Positions 28,113 to 38,036 of a stretch of DNA of 64,000 nt are shown piece after piece; the first letter of the stretch is position 1; the number at the start of each line of letters is the position of its first letter. The position numbers were made by a program, and so were the translations under genes. The notes under the pieces were generated by a model. It saw only the letters and a list, made by a program, of their open reading frames with translations, was not told where the DNA came from and did not search any database. The stretch is from the NCBI GenBank assembly GCA_033852095.1, contig JAWSVD010000110.1, positions 6,729 through 70,728 of the forward strand. The letters run 5' to 3'. The stretch comes from Granulosicoccaceae bacterium (GTDB lineage: Bacteria; Pseudomonadota; Gammaproteobacteria; CALCKW01).

Positions 28113-29614
28113 CCGGCCACGCCGTAGAACGCTACAACCGACAAGATCGCCAAGGTGAGAACAAACTTCCCGCGGTACAAACCCGAGCTCTCATGCATGC
28201 CTTTATAGTGCGGCACAACCGCCAGCACCGGCAGCCCAAGGCTCTCCTGCATCACTGACGGCAATCTCAGTTTAGGGTCAATCGTCAGCAGGCCAAATAA
28301 AATACCCAGAGGCAACAACACAGCCAAGACCAAGCCACCGGCTAGAAAATGGAGAAAGCGTAATCCCTTGGGAATACTGGGAAGTACTGCGGGCTCTTGA
28401 ATACGGAATGACAAGCCTTGGCGCTGCTCATCCAGGTTCATCGAAACACGCGCCTGCTCACGTCGGCGTAGCATGTCTTGATAGATCTCTTGATTTACTT
28501 CGTAGTCTCTTTTCAGGTCGGCCAATTCGGCGCCAAAATTATTGGTTGAACTCGCGCGATCAGTCTCTTTTCTGAGCATTGAACGCTTTTGAATCAAGCG
28601 AACACGCAAGGTTTCAACGGCAACAGTCGCCTTGGCCTGCTGACGTTTCAATTCTTGGTAAACGGGGCTAACGGAGGCCCGTTCGCGGTCCTGTTGACTG
28701 ATGCTCGCGGCGCCGTCTCGCCTGCCCCGCTCCCGTCCGGCCAAATCACGTAAATCGGTGATCTGTTGTTTCATGCGAACGATGTCAGGGTAGGTATCGG
28801 TGTAATCGAGCCGCAATCGCTCAATCTCATTCTGCAGCTCACCGATTCTCTCCTGGTACTGGCTTTCACGGTAGACGCTGACCGCCGAGATCGACTCACC
28901 CGTTATCTGCCGTTTCAGCGAAGACGCCTGGGCCTGCGCTTCGCGCAATTCCAGCTCAGTTTTTTCAATACTGCGCCTCAGTTCGATGATCTCATCGTCG
29001 ATACTCTGTGCATTGGTGACAATGCCCAACCCCGAACGGGCTCTAAACTGCCGCAAGCGCTCTTCCGATCCAGCCAGTTTTTCGCGGTAGGTCTGTACTT
29101 GGTTCTGGATAAAGTCGAAGGCTTCGTTGCTCTCGCGAGACTGTTCTTGGATGCTGCGCTCCAAAAACAAATCACCGAATTGTTTGGTGACGTTATAGGA
29201 CATCGCCGGATCTTCGTGTTTGAAGGCAATTAAAAAGGTATTGCCCGGCAAGTCCGCGACCACGGTGTTTTTATAGAGAGCCAAACGCACGCGTTCAACT
29301 GCGGCGGGATCCGTTGCTGTTCCAGCCAGGCCGTTGCTGCGAATAATCTGGTCCACGATGTCCCGGCTAAAAATAACCTCGCGGGCGATTTCCGCTCGAT
29401 CATTAACCTCGGTGGCCTGTGCAGTTCCCTCTAACAATGGTTTGATGATATTGCTGGAATCGGCCAATATCGTGACTGTGGACTCGTATTTTGCCTTGTA
29501 CGTCCAACCCGTGGCTAACACGGCTAGCGCCACCACCACGAAAGACAATACAAGCGTGCCACGTCGAGCGATAATTTCGCGATTGAACATCGCAAGCGTT
29601 TCTTCAATATTCAC
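28082..29614 (-). CDS. polysaccharide chain-length determinant (PCP/Wzz-family, EpsF-like) protein
   Basis: N-terminal TM then Wzz-like region, long coiled-coil (repeated E/R/Q heptads), C-terminal TM; overlaps downstream kinase-like gene by ~30 nt. Confidence 0.75.
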   Translation of the reverse strand: MNIEETLAMFNREIIARRGTLVLSFVVVALAVLATGWTYKAKYESTVTILADSSNIIKPLLEGTAQATEVNDRAEIAREVIFSRDIVDQIIRSNGLAGTATDPAAVERVRLALYKNTVVADLPGNTFLIAFKHEDPAMSYNVTKQFGDLFLERSIQEQSRESNEAFDFIQNQVQTYREKLAGSEERLRQFRARSGLGIVTNAQSIDDEIIELRRSIEKTELELREAQAQASSLKRQITGESISAVSVYRESQYQERIGELQNEIERLRLDYTDTYPDIVRMKQQITDLRDLAGRERGRRDGAASISQQDRERASVSPVYQELKRQQAKATVAVETLRVRLIQKRSMLRKETDRASSTNNFGAELADLKRDYEVNQEIYQDMLRRREQARVSMNLDEQRQGLSFRIQEPAVLPSIPKGLRFLHFLAGGLVLAVLLPLGILFGLLTIDPKLRLPSVMQESLGLPVLAVVPHYKGMHESSGLYRGKFVLTLAILSVVAFYGVAGWARITGGTA

Positions 29615-29667
29615 AACAAGACTCTCTCAAGTATTTCGTACGCCACCAGAAGCTGCCCCGGTTTTAA

Positions 29668-30363
29668 TCAAAATCGGCGTTCTGGGATTGTCAATACATC
29701 GCCCGCTCGCAGCTCAACGTTAGTGCCCAGCTCACCTTTGTTGATGATTTTGTCCAATCTGATTTTCAGCGTTGTCGCTTCTCCGGTCTCGGCATTCTTG
29801 CGGTAAAGTCGGGCGCGCGCCGCCACAGCGAAGTCCGAGAGGCCGCCGGCCTCCAACACCAAATCCAAAATGGTCATACCCTGACGATACGGTAAGGAAG
29901 TCGGTTTGTTGATCGCGCCCGTGACCCTGACTCGGGTTAGGAACTGGTGACTGACCAAATCCGTCAGAATGACTGAAACTTTGGGCTGGCGAATGAACTG
30001 CTCTAATTTGGCTTCGATTTTGGTGGCCACTTCGGCGGCCGTAAGACCGCCTGCCTTCACATCACCGATCAACGGCGCGGACACAAAACCATCTGGGCGG
30101 ACGGGCACTTCAACTGAAAGCTCTGGATTTCTCCACACAGATATTTTAATTTTGTCGTCGACGCCTATGCGATAAGTGCCTACTTCTGCAGCCTCGGCTT
30201 GCACAGTGGCGGCGCCCTCCTGCACTTCATCGCCAGTCAACACAGCACTGGGCATCACTTTGTCGACCGTGCCCACCGGGGTGCCCGGTGTTCTCGGTGC
30301 CTGGCTACAGGCACTAAGTGCTACCGCCAGCCCCAATGCCACTACAAGCCGAATGCTCACCAT
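29668..30363 (-). CDS. polysaccharide export lipoprotein (Wza/EpsE-like; Poly_export + SLBB)
   Basis: Lipobox 'LAVALSAC', 'IGVDDKIKISVWRNPELS' Poly_export motif, SLBB-like C-terminal 'GDVLTIPER'; ATG at 30363 with GGAGAGAGG SD. Confidence 0.8.
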   Translation of the reverse strand: MVSIRLVVALGLAVALSACSQAPRTPGTPVGTVDKVMPSAVLTGDEVQEGAATVQAEAAEVGTYRIGVDDKIKISVWRNPELSVEVPVRPDGFVSAPLIGDVKAGGLTAAEVATKIEAKLEQFIRQPKVSVILTDLVSHQFLTRVRVTGAINKPTSLPYRQGMTILDLVLEAGGLSDFAVAARARLYRKNAETGEATTLKIRLDKIINKGELGTNVELRAGDVLTIPERRF

Positions 30364-30606
30364 ATGTTCCTCTCTCCAACAAGATAAATTCTTAATAAAA
30401 ATGACACTAAACTCATACAACAACACACAGCGAAGGCTGGGCACTCACGGCCCCGCAAGACCGCTCATCAGGCTACAGCCCTACTATCGACATAGCGTCG
30501 AAATAGTTGATTTCTAATCGCATTAGCCCTTTACGCCTTTAACTAATTTACGGCTCAGCCGATCACTAATGGGTCATCTCACAACTTCAGTCACGGCATT
30601 TCATTC

Positions 30607-31110
30607 ATGGACCTAAAGTACTTAAACGCTTATGAGCAACTTGGCTTGCAGCAACCGGGCGTTTCTTGGGATCAAGTCCGGACAAATTACCGCCGGAAAG
30701 TGCAGCGACTTCACCCAGACAGGGTGCAACAAGGCGCCGCAGTGGACTCCGATCAGGAAGAGTTCATTCGCGTCACGCAAGCATACAAGATCCTTAACGA
30801 ATACCACAGGTTAAACAACGAGTTACCCCAAGAATATGAGGTAGACAGCGACCCTGTGATGCAGGTGGACCTAGGTAATATCGAACCCTTCGCACAACAA
30901 AAGATTGTCAACGCGATTGATTCAGTGCAGCGGACACAGCCCCAAGGCAGCACCAACACACTGAAGATGACGATGCTGCTCTGCTCTCTGGTGCTCAGCG
31001 TCGCGCTTGGATTCATGGCATTTGCCAGCTGGCAAAAAAATCAAGTCCCGCCCGTGACCCCCTTCACCAGCGAAAAGCCCATGCCACTCAGCGGTAGCGC
31101 GGCGAAATAA
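30607..31110 (+). CDS. J-domain (DnaJ-like) membrane-anchored protein
   Basis: 'YEQLGL...RRKVQRLHPDRV' HPD J-domain signature; C-terminal TM helix 'LLCSLVLSVALGFMAF'. Confidence 0.7.
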   Translation: MDLKYLNAYEQLGLQQPGVSWDQVRTNYRRKVQRLHPDRVQQGAAVDSDQEEFIRVTQAYKILNEYHRLNNELPQEYEVDSDPVMQVDLGNIEPFAQQKIVNAIDSVQRTQPQGSTNTLKMTMLLCSLVLSVALGFMAFASWQKNQVPPVTPFTSEKPMPLSGSAAK

Positions 31111-31510
31111 TCAAAAGGAGACCACCAGCTGCGCCACCAAGTGCAGCACAGTGCGCGACTCCCGCCCTTCGAGGCCGCTTGCGATCTCACCCATAGTAAC
31201 TGCTGAACCGGCCTAAAAGCCCTATCCCGAAGGCTTCGGCATAAAAATATCTGCATAGCAACGATGTGGCGCTGCGGCCGCGGCTGACTGGCAAGCGCGG
31301 ACAGAGTCTTCACTTCCAGAGCACCGGGATGTAGCGGCGAAACGCCACCTCCATATACCTTCGAAAAAAGCGGTGAAAACTGCAACTTTCAGATTTACTG
31401 AGGCCCGCCGGCGCAGAAAATGGAAACGACAGATTTGAGGCCTCTGCTAACAGCTGGCAAAGCCGTTTAGATAGCGACCACAGCGGTGGGCGCACCCACC
31501 ACCGACACCA

Positions 31511-32953
31511 CTATCGCGCCCCTTTGCCGAGCAACACGACCTCAACAGTCTGCAGCATGATGAATATGTCTAGAAACAGGGTGTGGTTTTTAACGTAGTA
31601 GAGATCAAATTCGTGCTTCTTGCGCGCGTCCTCGTCGGAGGCGCCGTAGGGGTAACTGACCTGTGCCCACCCAGTCAGACCTGGTTTTACCTGATGCCTC
31701 TCCGCGTAGTAGGGCACCTTCTGTTTCAGCTCTTCGACAAACTGCGGACGCTCGGGTCGCGGCCCCACCAAACTCATGTCTCCGCGCAACACGTTCAGAA
31801 TCTGCGGCAGCTCATCGATGCGCGTCATGCGTATAAACTCCCCCACCCTCGTCACACGTGAATCATTGCGGGTGGCCCACTGAGCGCCATCCTTTTCCGC
31901 GTCTTCACGCATGCTGCGAAATTTGATCACACCAAATGTCTTACCGGCATAGCCCACTCTGTCTTGGGTGTAAAAGAGCGTGCCGTCAAAACGGCATTCT
32001 ATTTTTATCGCAAGCGCTGTCAACAACATCACCGGCCAACTGACACACAGCAACAGCAAACTCGCGCTGATATCGGTCAATCGCTTCAACACCTCAGCAG
32101 CGCGGTTGACACGAAAGCCCTCGGCGTAGATAAACCAGCTGGGTCGGATCAGGTCCAGAGGAAGAAAGCCCGCTTCGCGCTCGAAGAAGCCGTGGATCTC
32201 CAGAACTTTCAATCCCTTGAGGCGACAATCGATCAACTGATCACCTGGCAGGCGAGAACGCCGGTCATCCAGGGCGACAACAATCTCCTCGATATCATTC
32301 TTAACACAATGCTCATATATCGAATCGGGCACCTTGTGCACACGCTCTGGATCGACTTGAATTTTACCCTCGTCGAAATCGAGAAAGTGCACCACGTGGA
32401 ATCCGCGTCGATCGGCCCGTCGTCGCAGCCGCGAAAAAATAGTCGACGCAACCTTGCCTGCACCGAGAACAACGATTCTGCGTTTGAGCGTGTCTTGCTC
32501 AACCAACGGCATGAACAACGGCCTGATAGTCCCAATGGTGAAAAAGGAAACGACAATGGCGATCGCCGTGACACCCCGACCCATATAGGTCTCTGGGAAC
32601 AAGTAGAAGACAATCATCAACGCGATACTGCCCACCAGGAAGCCAAGCGCTATGCGCATCAGCACCCCTAGGGCGCCGCCTCTGAAGTGAGTTTGATACA
32701 AGCCAAAAGCCACCAGTGAAACCGTCATCACAATACTAAAAACAACCGTCGCAAGGCCCAGCGAAGGCAGGGTTTCGCTCAAGGTCTCACTATTACGACC
32801 AAAGCGAACCAGCGCGGCGAGCTGCACTGCCCCCATGCACACGAGCAGCTCCGTCATCCAGAACAATAAGAACGGCGTCCTGACATAAAAGCCTAGTATT
32901 TTTAACGAACCCACTGTATCTACATTCCTCAATAAATGACGCGTTATGCGCAC
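31511..32953 (-). CDS. priming sugar transferase (bacterial sugar transferase, WbaP/EpsB-type undecaprenyl-phosphate hexose-1-P transferase)
   Basis: N-terminal 4-5 TM, central Rossmann-like, C-terminal 'RPERPQF...KPGLTGWAQVS...KHEFDLYYVKNHTLFLDIFIMLQT' Bac_transf motifs. Confidence 0.85.
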   Translation of the reverse strand: MRITRHLLRNVDTVGSLKILGFYVRTPFLLFWMTELLVCMGAVQLAALVRFGRNSETLSETLPSLGLATVVFSIVMTVSLVAFGLYQTHFRGGALGVLMRIALGFLVGSIALMIVFYLFPETYMGRGVTAIAIVVSFFTIGTIRPLFMPLVEQDTLKRRIVVLGAGKVASTIFSRLRRRADRRGFHVVHFLDFDEGKIQVDPERVHKVPDSIYEHCVKNDIEEIVVALDDRRSRLPGDQLIDCRLKGLKVLEIHGFFEREAGFLPLDLIRPSWFIYAEGFRVNRAAEVLKRLTDISASLLLLCVSWPVMLLTALAIKIECRFDGTLFYTQDRVGYAGKTFGVIKFRSMREDAEKDGAQWATRNDSRVTRVGEFIRMTRIDELPQILNVLRGDMSLVGPRPERPQFVEELKQKVPYYAERHQVKPGLTGWAQVSYPYGASDEDARKKHEFDLYYVKNHTLFLDIFIMLQTVEVVLLGKGAR

Positions 32954-33112
32954 TGTTATCGGTCAATACTGGCAGAGGTGAAGAACTGAGGTTCTTTGCT
33001 GCGCTGCCGATAACCTAATCTAATGTTGTTTTGTCAAATCATCGCTGCCCGAACGCAAGCGCAGCTATAGTTTACGCAATGCTTTTCACCAGACAAACAG
33101 AAGGGACACCTC

Positions 33113-34396
33113 TTGAACCTAAAACACCTTGATTCTGCTCGTGTAGCTGTAATCGGCCTTGGCTACGTCGGACTGCCGCTGGCCGTTGAGTTCGGCAAAC
33201 AATACAGCACTATCGGATTCGACGTGTATGCCGAGCGCATCAATGAACTACGTTCTGGCAACGACCGAACGCTCGAAGTGAGCCGCGAAGAGCTGGCCGA
33301 ATCACCTAAGTTGAGCTACAGCTGTGAAGCGAGTTCACTGAGTGACTGCAATACCTTCATCGTGACCGTCCCTACACCTATAGATAACGCAAACCAACCG
33401 GACTTAACGCCGCTGAAAAAGGCGAGCGAAACCATTGCTAAAGCGCTCTGCAAAGGCGATGTGGTCATTTACGAATCCACCGTCTACCCCGGCGCGACAG
33501 AAGAGATATGTGTCCCCGTTTTAGAGCTGCATTCTGGCCTCAAGTACAACCAAGATTTTTTCTGTGGCTACAGCCCAGAGCGGATCAATCCCGGTGACAA
33601 AGAACACCGCGTCACAAACATTCTGAAAGTCACGTCAGGCTCAACACCTGAGATAGCCAAATTCGTGGACGCGCTTTACCGCAGCATCATTCCCGCTGGC
33701 ACCCACTTGGCCGCCAGCATTCGCGTGGCAGAGGCCGCTAAGGTGATAGAGAATACGCAGCGCGACGTCAACATCGCACTGGTCAATGAACTGGCGCTGA
33801 TCTTCGACCGCTTGGGCATAGACACACTCGATGTACTGGAAGCTGCTGGCACCAAATGGAATTTTCTTCCCTTTAAACCAGGCTTGGTCGGTGGACACTG
33901 CATCAGCGTGGACCCCTACTATCTCACCCACAAAGCACAGCAGATTGGCTATCATCCCGACGTCATATTGGCGGGGCGCCGCATCAATGACGGCATGGGC
34001 CAGCACGTGGCCGAACGCGTTATCCGCTTGATGGCGGGAAAATCCATTGAGATAGTCAATGCGCGTATCCTGATGCTCGGCTTGGCGTTCAAGGAAAATT
34101 GCCCAGACCTGCGCAATACCCGCGTGGTCGATATCATCAGCGAGCTGCAAAGATACAACGCCGTGGTAGATGTTTACGACCCCTGGGTCGATCCGGCGGA
34201 AGCCGAGCACGAGTACGGCATCAAACCCGTGGCAACCCCGGACGCGGATCACTATGACGCCATCATTGTCGCGGTTGGGCACGAACAATTTTTGAGCATG
34301 GGTGCCGACAAAATTCGTGAATTCGGAAAAGACAAACACATCCTGTTTGATGTGAAGGGTTTGTTCCCACGCGACAGCATCGACGCCCGGCTCTAG
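33113..34396 (+). CDS. nucleotide-sugar dehydrogenase (UDP-N-acetyl-hexosamine 6-dehydrogenase, TviB/WbpO/EpsD-like)
   Basis: '[17 protein letters not shown]' NAD fold, catalytic '[15 protein letters not shown]' Cys motif. Confidence 0.85.
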   Translation: MNLKHLDSARVAVIGLGYVGLPLAVEFGKQYSTIGFDVYAERINELRSGNDRTLEVSREELAESPKLSYSCEASSLSDCNTFIVTVPTPIDNANQPDLTPLKKASETIAKALCKGDVVIYESTVYPGATEEICVPVLELHSGLKYNQDFFCGYSPERINPGDKEHRVTNILKVTSGSTPEIAKFVDALYRSIIPAGTHLAASIRVAEAAKVIENTQRDVNIALVNELALIFDRLGIDTLDVLEAAGTKWNFLPFKPGLVGGHCISVDPYYLTHKAQQIGYHPDVILAGRRINDGMGQHVAERVIRLMAGKSIEIVNARILMLGLAFKENCPDLRNTRVVDIISELQRYNAVVDVYDPWVDPAEAEHEYGIKPVATPDADHYDAIIVAVGHEQFLSMGADKIREFGKDKHILFDVKGLFPRDSIDARL

Positions 34397-34421
34397 TCAG
34401 ATTTAATCACAGGATTTACAC

Positions 34422-35429
34422 ATGAAAGTATTGATCACAGGCACTGCTGGCTTTATCGGCTCCACACTGGCGAATAAGCTGCTCGCCCGAGGCGACGAAG
34501 TTGTCGGTATCGACAACCTGAACGATTATTACGATGTCACGCTGAAACAAGCGCGCCTTGATCGGTTGACGCCGAAGAAAGGTTTCACTGATATCCGCGC
34601 CAGCCTCGAAGACAAGGCAGCGATGGAAAAAGTGTTCGAGGAACACAAGCCTGATCGCGTGGTCAATCTCGCAGCGCAGGCCGGTGTGCGCTACTCTCTC
34701 GAAAATCCGCAAGCTTATATTGACGCCAACATAGTTGGTTTTGTCAATATTCTAGAGAATTGTCGGCACCACGATGTAAAGCACCTCGTATACGCTTCCT
34801 CTAGTTCGGTCTACGGCGCGCACACCAACATGCCGTTCTCTATCCACGACCATGTTGACCATCCCGTCAGCCTGTATGCGGCCACTAAAAAATCGAACGA
34901 GCTGATGGCCCACACCTACAGCCACTTGTTCAATCTGCCTGTGACAGGGTTGCGTTTTTTCACTGTCTATGGCCCGTGGGGCCGCCCCGATATGGCGCTG
35001 TTTATGTTCACGCGCAAGATATTGGCGGGTGAGCCCATCGACGTATTTAACTACGGCAACCACAAGCGTGATTTTACTTTCGTGGAAGATATCGTCGAAG
35101 GTGTTACACGTACACTGGACAGCGTGGCAACACCTAACGCCGACTGGGATCCTGCCAATCCAGATTCTGCCTCCAGCAGCGCTCCTTACCGTGTCTACAA
35201 CATCGGCAACAACAGCCCCGTTGATCTGGTGCGCTACATTGAAGTACTGGAAGAAAAGCTGGGCAAAAAAGCCATACGCAACCTGCTCCCGTTACAGCCA
35301 GGCGATGTACCCGACACCTACGCGGATGTATCGGACTTGATCAGTGATGTTGGCTACAAGCCGGAAACCACTATCGAAGAAGGCATCGGTCATTTTGTCG
35401 ACTGGTACAGAGAATACTACAAGGTATAA
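34422..35429 (+). CDS. NAD-dependent nucleotide-sugar 4-epimerase (UDP-glucuronate/UDP-GlcNAcA epimerase, TviC/WbpP/Cap1J-like SDR)
   Basis: '[14 protein letters not shown]' GxxGxxG, 'YAATKKSNE' YxxxK, length 335 aa. Confidence 0.85.
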   Translation: MKVLITGTAGFIGSTLANKLLARGDEVVGIDNLNDYYDVTLKQARLDRLTPKKGFTDIRASLEDKAAMEKVFEEHKPDRVVNLAAQAGVRYSLENPQAYIDANIVGFVNILENCRHHDVKHLVYASSSSVYGAHTNMPFSIHDHVDHPVSLYAATKKSNELMAHTYSHLFNLPVTGLRFFTVYGPWGRPDMALFMFTRKILAGEPIDVFNYGNHKRDFTFVEDIVEGVTRTLDSVATPNADWDPANPDSASSSAPYRVYNIGNNSPVDLVRYIEVLEEKLGKKAIRNLLPLQPGDVPDTYADVSDLISDVGYKPETTIEEGIGHFVDWYREYYKV

Positions 35430-35449
35430 GCTTTCAGCCTAAATGCAAG

Positions 35450-35469
35450 CCCCGGGTAACTGGGGTTTT
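35450..35469 (+). terminator. weak intrinsic terminator after epimerase gene
   Basis: CCCCGG-gtaa-CTGGGG (one G-U wobble) followed by TTTT. Confidence 0.4.
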
Positions 35470-35631
35470 CGCAGGGCGCCCGCCAAAGAAAAACAGACCT
35501 ACTTAGGAATTCTTCGGGACAATACTTGCTGAGCCCAACCCCAAGATGGGCTCGGGATTTAGAGGCAACTGCAAATCGTATTTTCAGTTGCCTTGCGCTT
35601 CCAATCCCAACATGGATTAGCCAACTCTCAC

Positions 35632-37290
35632 TCAGGAGAGTGCTGGCAACAACTCTTTACTCGCCGAGATAATATGAGGTGCTTTATAAGCCTTCACTTT
35701 TTCCAGCAGTGGCTCACCGTACCAGCGGCCCTTGTCTCTGTAACACATGATGTCCAGCTCAGAGACCAACTGCGCGAATTCCGCGTCCGCCAGTTGATTG
35801 GCAAGCTCCGGCAGCGACCTGAGCTCGCGTCTAAATGTCCCGCTGCCCCAATCCAACATCGCCTCTCTCGCCACCTTTATATCCGCACGGGTTACCGCCT
35901 CGACCAGACGCACCATTGCGGCATCAGGTGAGCACAGTTGCTCGTCGGTTTGCAGCGGCAGTGGCCGGCGGCGGCGGCGCCTGATCACCAACGTGGCGAA
36001 TGCAATGATTGAGATGAGCACGGTGATCGTGCGAGGGTCTCTCAACCAAATACCTATGCCCTCCCTGGGCAAAACACGCAACGCGGGCTCTGCTGTCAAC
36101 TGCTCTTCGGCGACCGTGTTCTCCACTGTCGCTGCGGGCGATGACTGTTCGGTGACAGCCAAACCACTGACCGACAGCACGGGCACAGCAATTATCGCTA
36201 CTTCTTCTTCAGCGCGTTGCACGTTCCACCACGTCAGCTCAAAAGGCTCGACCGTGATATTGCCCGGCCGGGTGGGTATGATTGTCCAGCGTGAAACACG
36301 CTGCGATACGATGCCCGTGGCGCCTGCTTTTTTTGCGGCACGGCTGCCATCGGGATAGAGCCGCACGCCGGTTATCTGCGGGTCTGGCAGTTCGGGAATC
36401 TGCGCAGGCAATACCCCGTCTGCGGTGATTGTCATCACCAGCGTCAGCGGCTCGCCCACCTCGGCGTGTTCGGGCTGCCACACGGCAGTCGCTGAAAGCG
36501 CCTTAGCAGCTAACCACCAACGCGCACTGTACTTATCGGGGGCCGGCAGGACATTCAAGGATATCGCTGGCCCGCGCACCACAACAGTCTGCGTATCCTG
36601 AGCGAAAAATCGGTTGGAGCGGGTGCCCAAGATGATGCGCGCGCGCAAGGTGATGGCCGGCAGCTCAATCTGGCCGCTGCGCTGCGGGAAGAGCGCGTAC
36701 TTGCGCTCCAACACCGAATACTCTCGCCCGTCGACCTGCTCCACATAACTTCGGTCCAAACCCAGCCTCTCGACCTGCACGTCTGCATGCACGGGCTCCG
36801 TGACACTGCCGTCCGCGATCGACTGCTGCTGGTAGAGCTTCATGGTGTAGATGATTTGCTGCTGCACATAGGGCTCGGCTTCAGAGACTTCCACTCGCAA
36901 AAAATAGGGCCGCTGCTCCTGCCCGCCCGCACTGGCGGCCCGGCTCGCGACTTGTATTTCAAGCGCCTTGCTGCGCTGACCGCCCATCTCGATGGCAGGG
37001 ACAGACAGCACACCCTCGCGTTTGGGGGCCAGCACGAATTCCCAGGATCGGCTGCTGGAGTGCGCACCGTTTATCAAGCTGACTTGATTCGCACTGGAGC
37101 GCTGCAACACATCGAAATCAGCCAGCGCCGGGCTGAATTCTGCCGGTGCGCTGCCGTCTCGCAATACCACACTCATCACCAAGGTCTGGTCGAGGAAGAG
37201 GCTCTTGCGATCCACACTGACCTGCAGCTCCGCCGCAAGCGATACCGAGTGTAAGAACAGCGCGGCGACAAATATCAACAACCTCACCAT
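35632..37290 (-). CDS. BatD-like aerotolerance-operon protein
   Basis: Signal peptide 'MVRLLIFVAALFLHSVSLAAE', ~550 aa with C-terminal TM and Arg cluster ('LVIRRRRRRPLP'); last gene of MoxR/VWA operon. Confidence 0.7.
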   Translation of the reverse strand: MVRLLIFVAALFLHSVSLAAELQVSVDRKSLFLDQTLVMSVVLRDGSAPAEFSPALADFDVLQRSSANQVSLINGAHSSSRSWEFVLAPKREGVLSVPAIEMGGQRSKALEIQVASRAASAGGQEQRPYFLRVEVSEAEPYVQQQIIYTMKLYQQQSIADGSVTEPVHADVQVERLGLDRSYVEQVDGREYSVLERKYALFPQRSGQIELPAITLRARIILGTRSNRFFAQDTQTVVVRGPAISLNVLPAPDKYSARWWLAAKALSATAVWQPEHAEVGEPLTLVMTITADGVLPAQIPELPDPQITGVRLYPDGSRAAKKAGATGIVSQRVSRWTIIPTRPGNITVEPFELTWWNVQRAEEEVAIIAVPVLSVSGLAVTEQSSPAATVENTVAEEQLTAEPALRVLPREGIGIWLRDPRTITVLISIIAFATLVIRRRRRRPLPLQTDEQLCSPDAAMVRLVEAVTRADIKVAREAMLDWGSGTFRRELRSLPELANQLADAEFAQLVSELDIMCYRDKGRWYGEPLLEKVKAYKAPHIISASKELLPALS

Positions 37291-38036
37291 GCCTGCTCCC
37301 GATCTCGACTCTGACTGTAATTGCGCTGATGCTCTCGGATGATGCGCGCGCGCAGTAATCCAGCGGGGTCGTCCGGCACCTGCTGCAACCACTGGTCCAT
37401 GGTCTGCTGCTGTTCATCGTGCGACTCATCGGGCGCTTGCGCGGGCTGCGCCCCTTGCTCAGCGGAAGGTTCGTCCGCCTCAGCGCTCGCCTCAGCGTCT
37501 TCAGGCGGCGCATCATCTTTCTCCGCCTCAGACTGAGAGCCCTGGCTATCTTGTTGTTCTTCTCCGCCCTCCTCACCTTCGCCCTGTGAGGGTTGCGGCT
37601 CTCCTTCACCTTCGCCGTCATCTGACTCGCCATCTTGCTCTCGCTGTTCCGCAAGTTCGGCCAGCGACTGGGCTATTTTTTTGTTGTGCATGGCATCGTC
37701 GTAGTGTGGGTCTTGCTCAGAAACCGCATCAAAGGCAGAAACGGCCTCTTCATACGCACCGGATCGAACCAGAGACGTGCCGCTGTTGTATTTGTTTTTC
37801 CCCTGTCCATAGAGCGCGGCAGCCTCTTCGAATGCATCAGCACGAAATTTGACCAGTGCTCGCTGCTCATCACTCACGGCCAGCTGCTCAGCCTGTTCAA
37901 AATCCTTGAGCTCAACCATTTCTTGCAGGCGTTGATCGCTGCGCTGCCAAAGATCCGCCCACTGCAATGCCTGGGCCTTACTTGCCCCGAACAGCGTGAG
38001 CAGCAGGCAACAGCGCCACAAATTATTGACCCGCAT
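37284..38036 (-). CDS. TPR-repeat protein with acidic C-terminal region (BatC/BatE-like)
   Basis: Signal/TM N-terminus, TPR-like helical repeats, then ~90-aa Glu/Asp-rich tail. Confidence 0.6.
   Translation of the reverse strand: MRVNNLWRCCLLLTLFGASKAQALQWADLWQRSDQRLQEMVELKDFEQAEQLAVSDEQRALVKFRADAFEEAAALYGQGKNKYNSGTSLVRSGAYEEAVSAFDAVSEQDPHYDDAMHNKKIAQSLAELAEQREQDGESDDGEGEGEPQPSQGEGEEGGEEQQDSQGSQSEAEKDDAPPEDAEASAEADEPSAEQGAQPAQAPDESHDEQQQTMDQWLQQVPDDPAGLLRARIIREHQRNYSQSRDREQAW

Noticed and set aside
31111-31510. 400-nt convergent intergenic region between the J-domain gene and the priming sugar transferase containing small hairpins (CCGAAG-g-CTTCGG; GGTGGG-cgca-CCCACC)
   Set aside because: The hairpins lack adjacent U-tracts on either strand. 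This is most simply a terminator-poor convergent spacer, and there is no evidence for an RNA gene.
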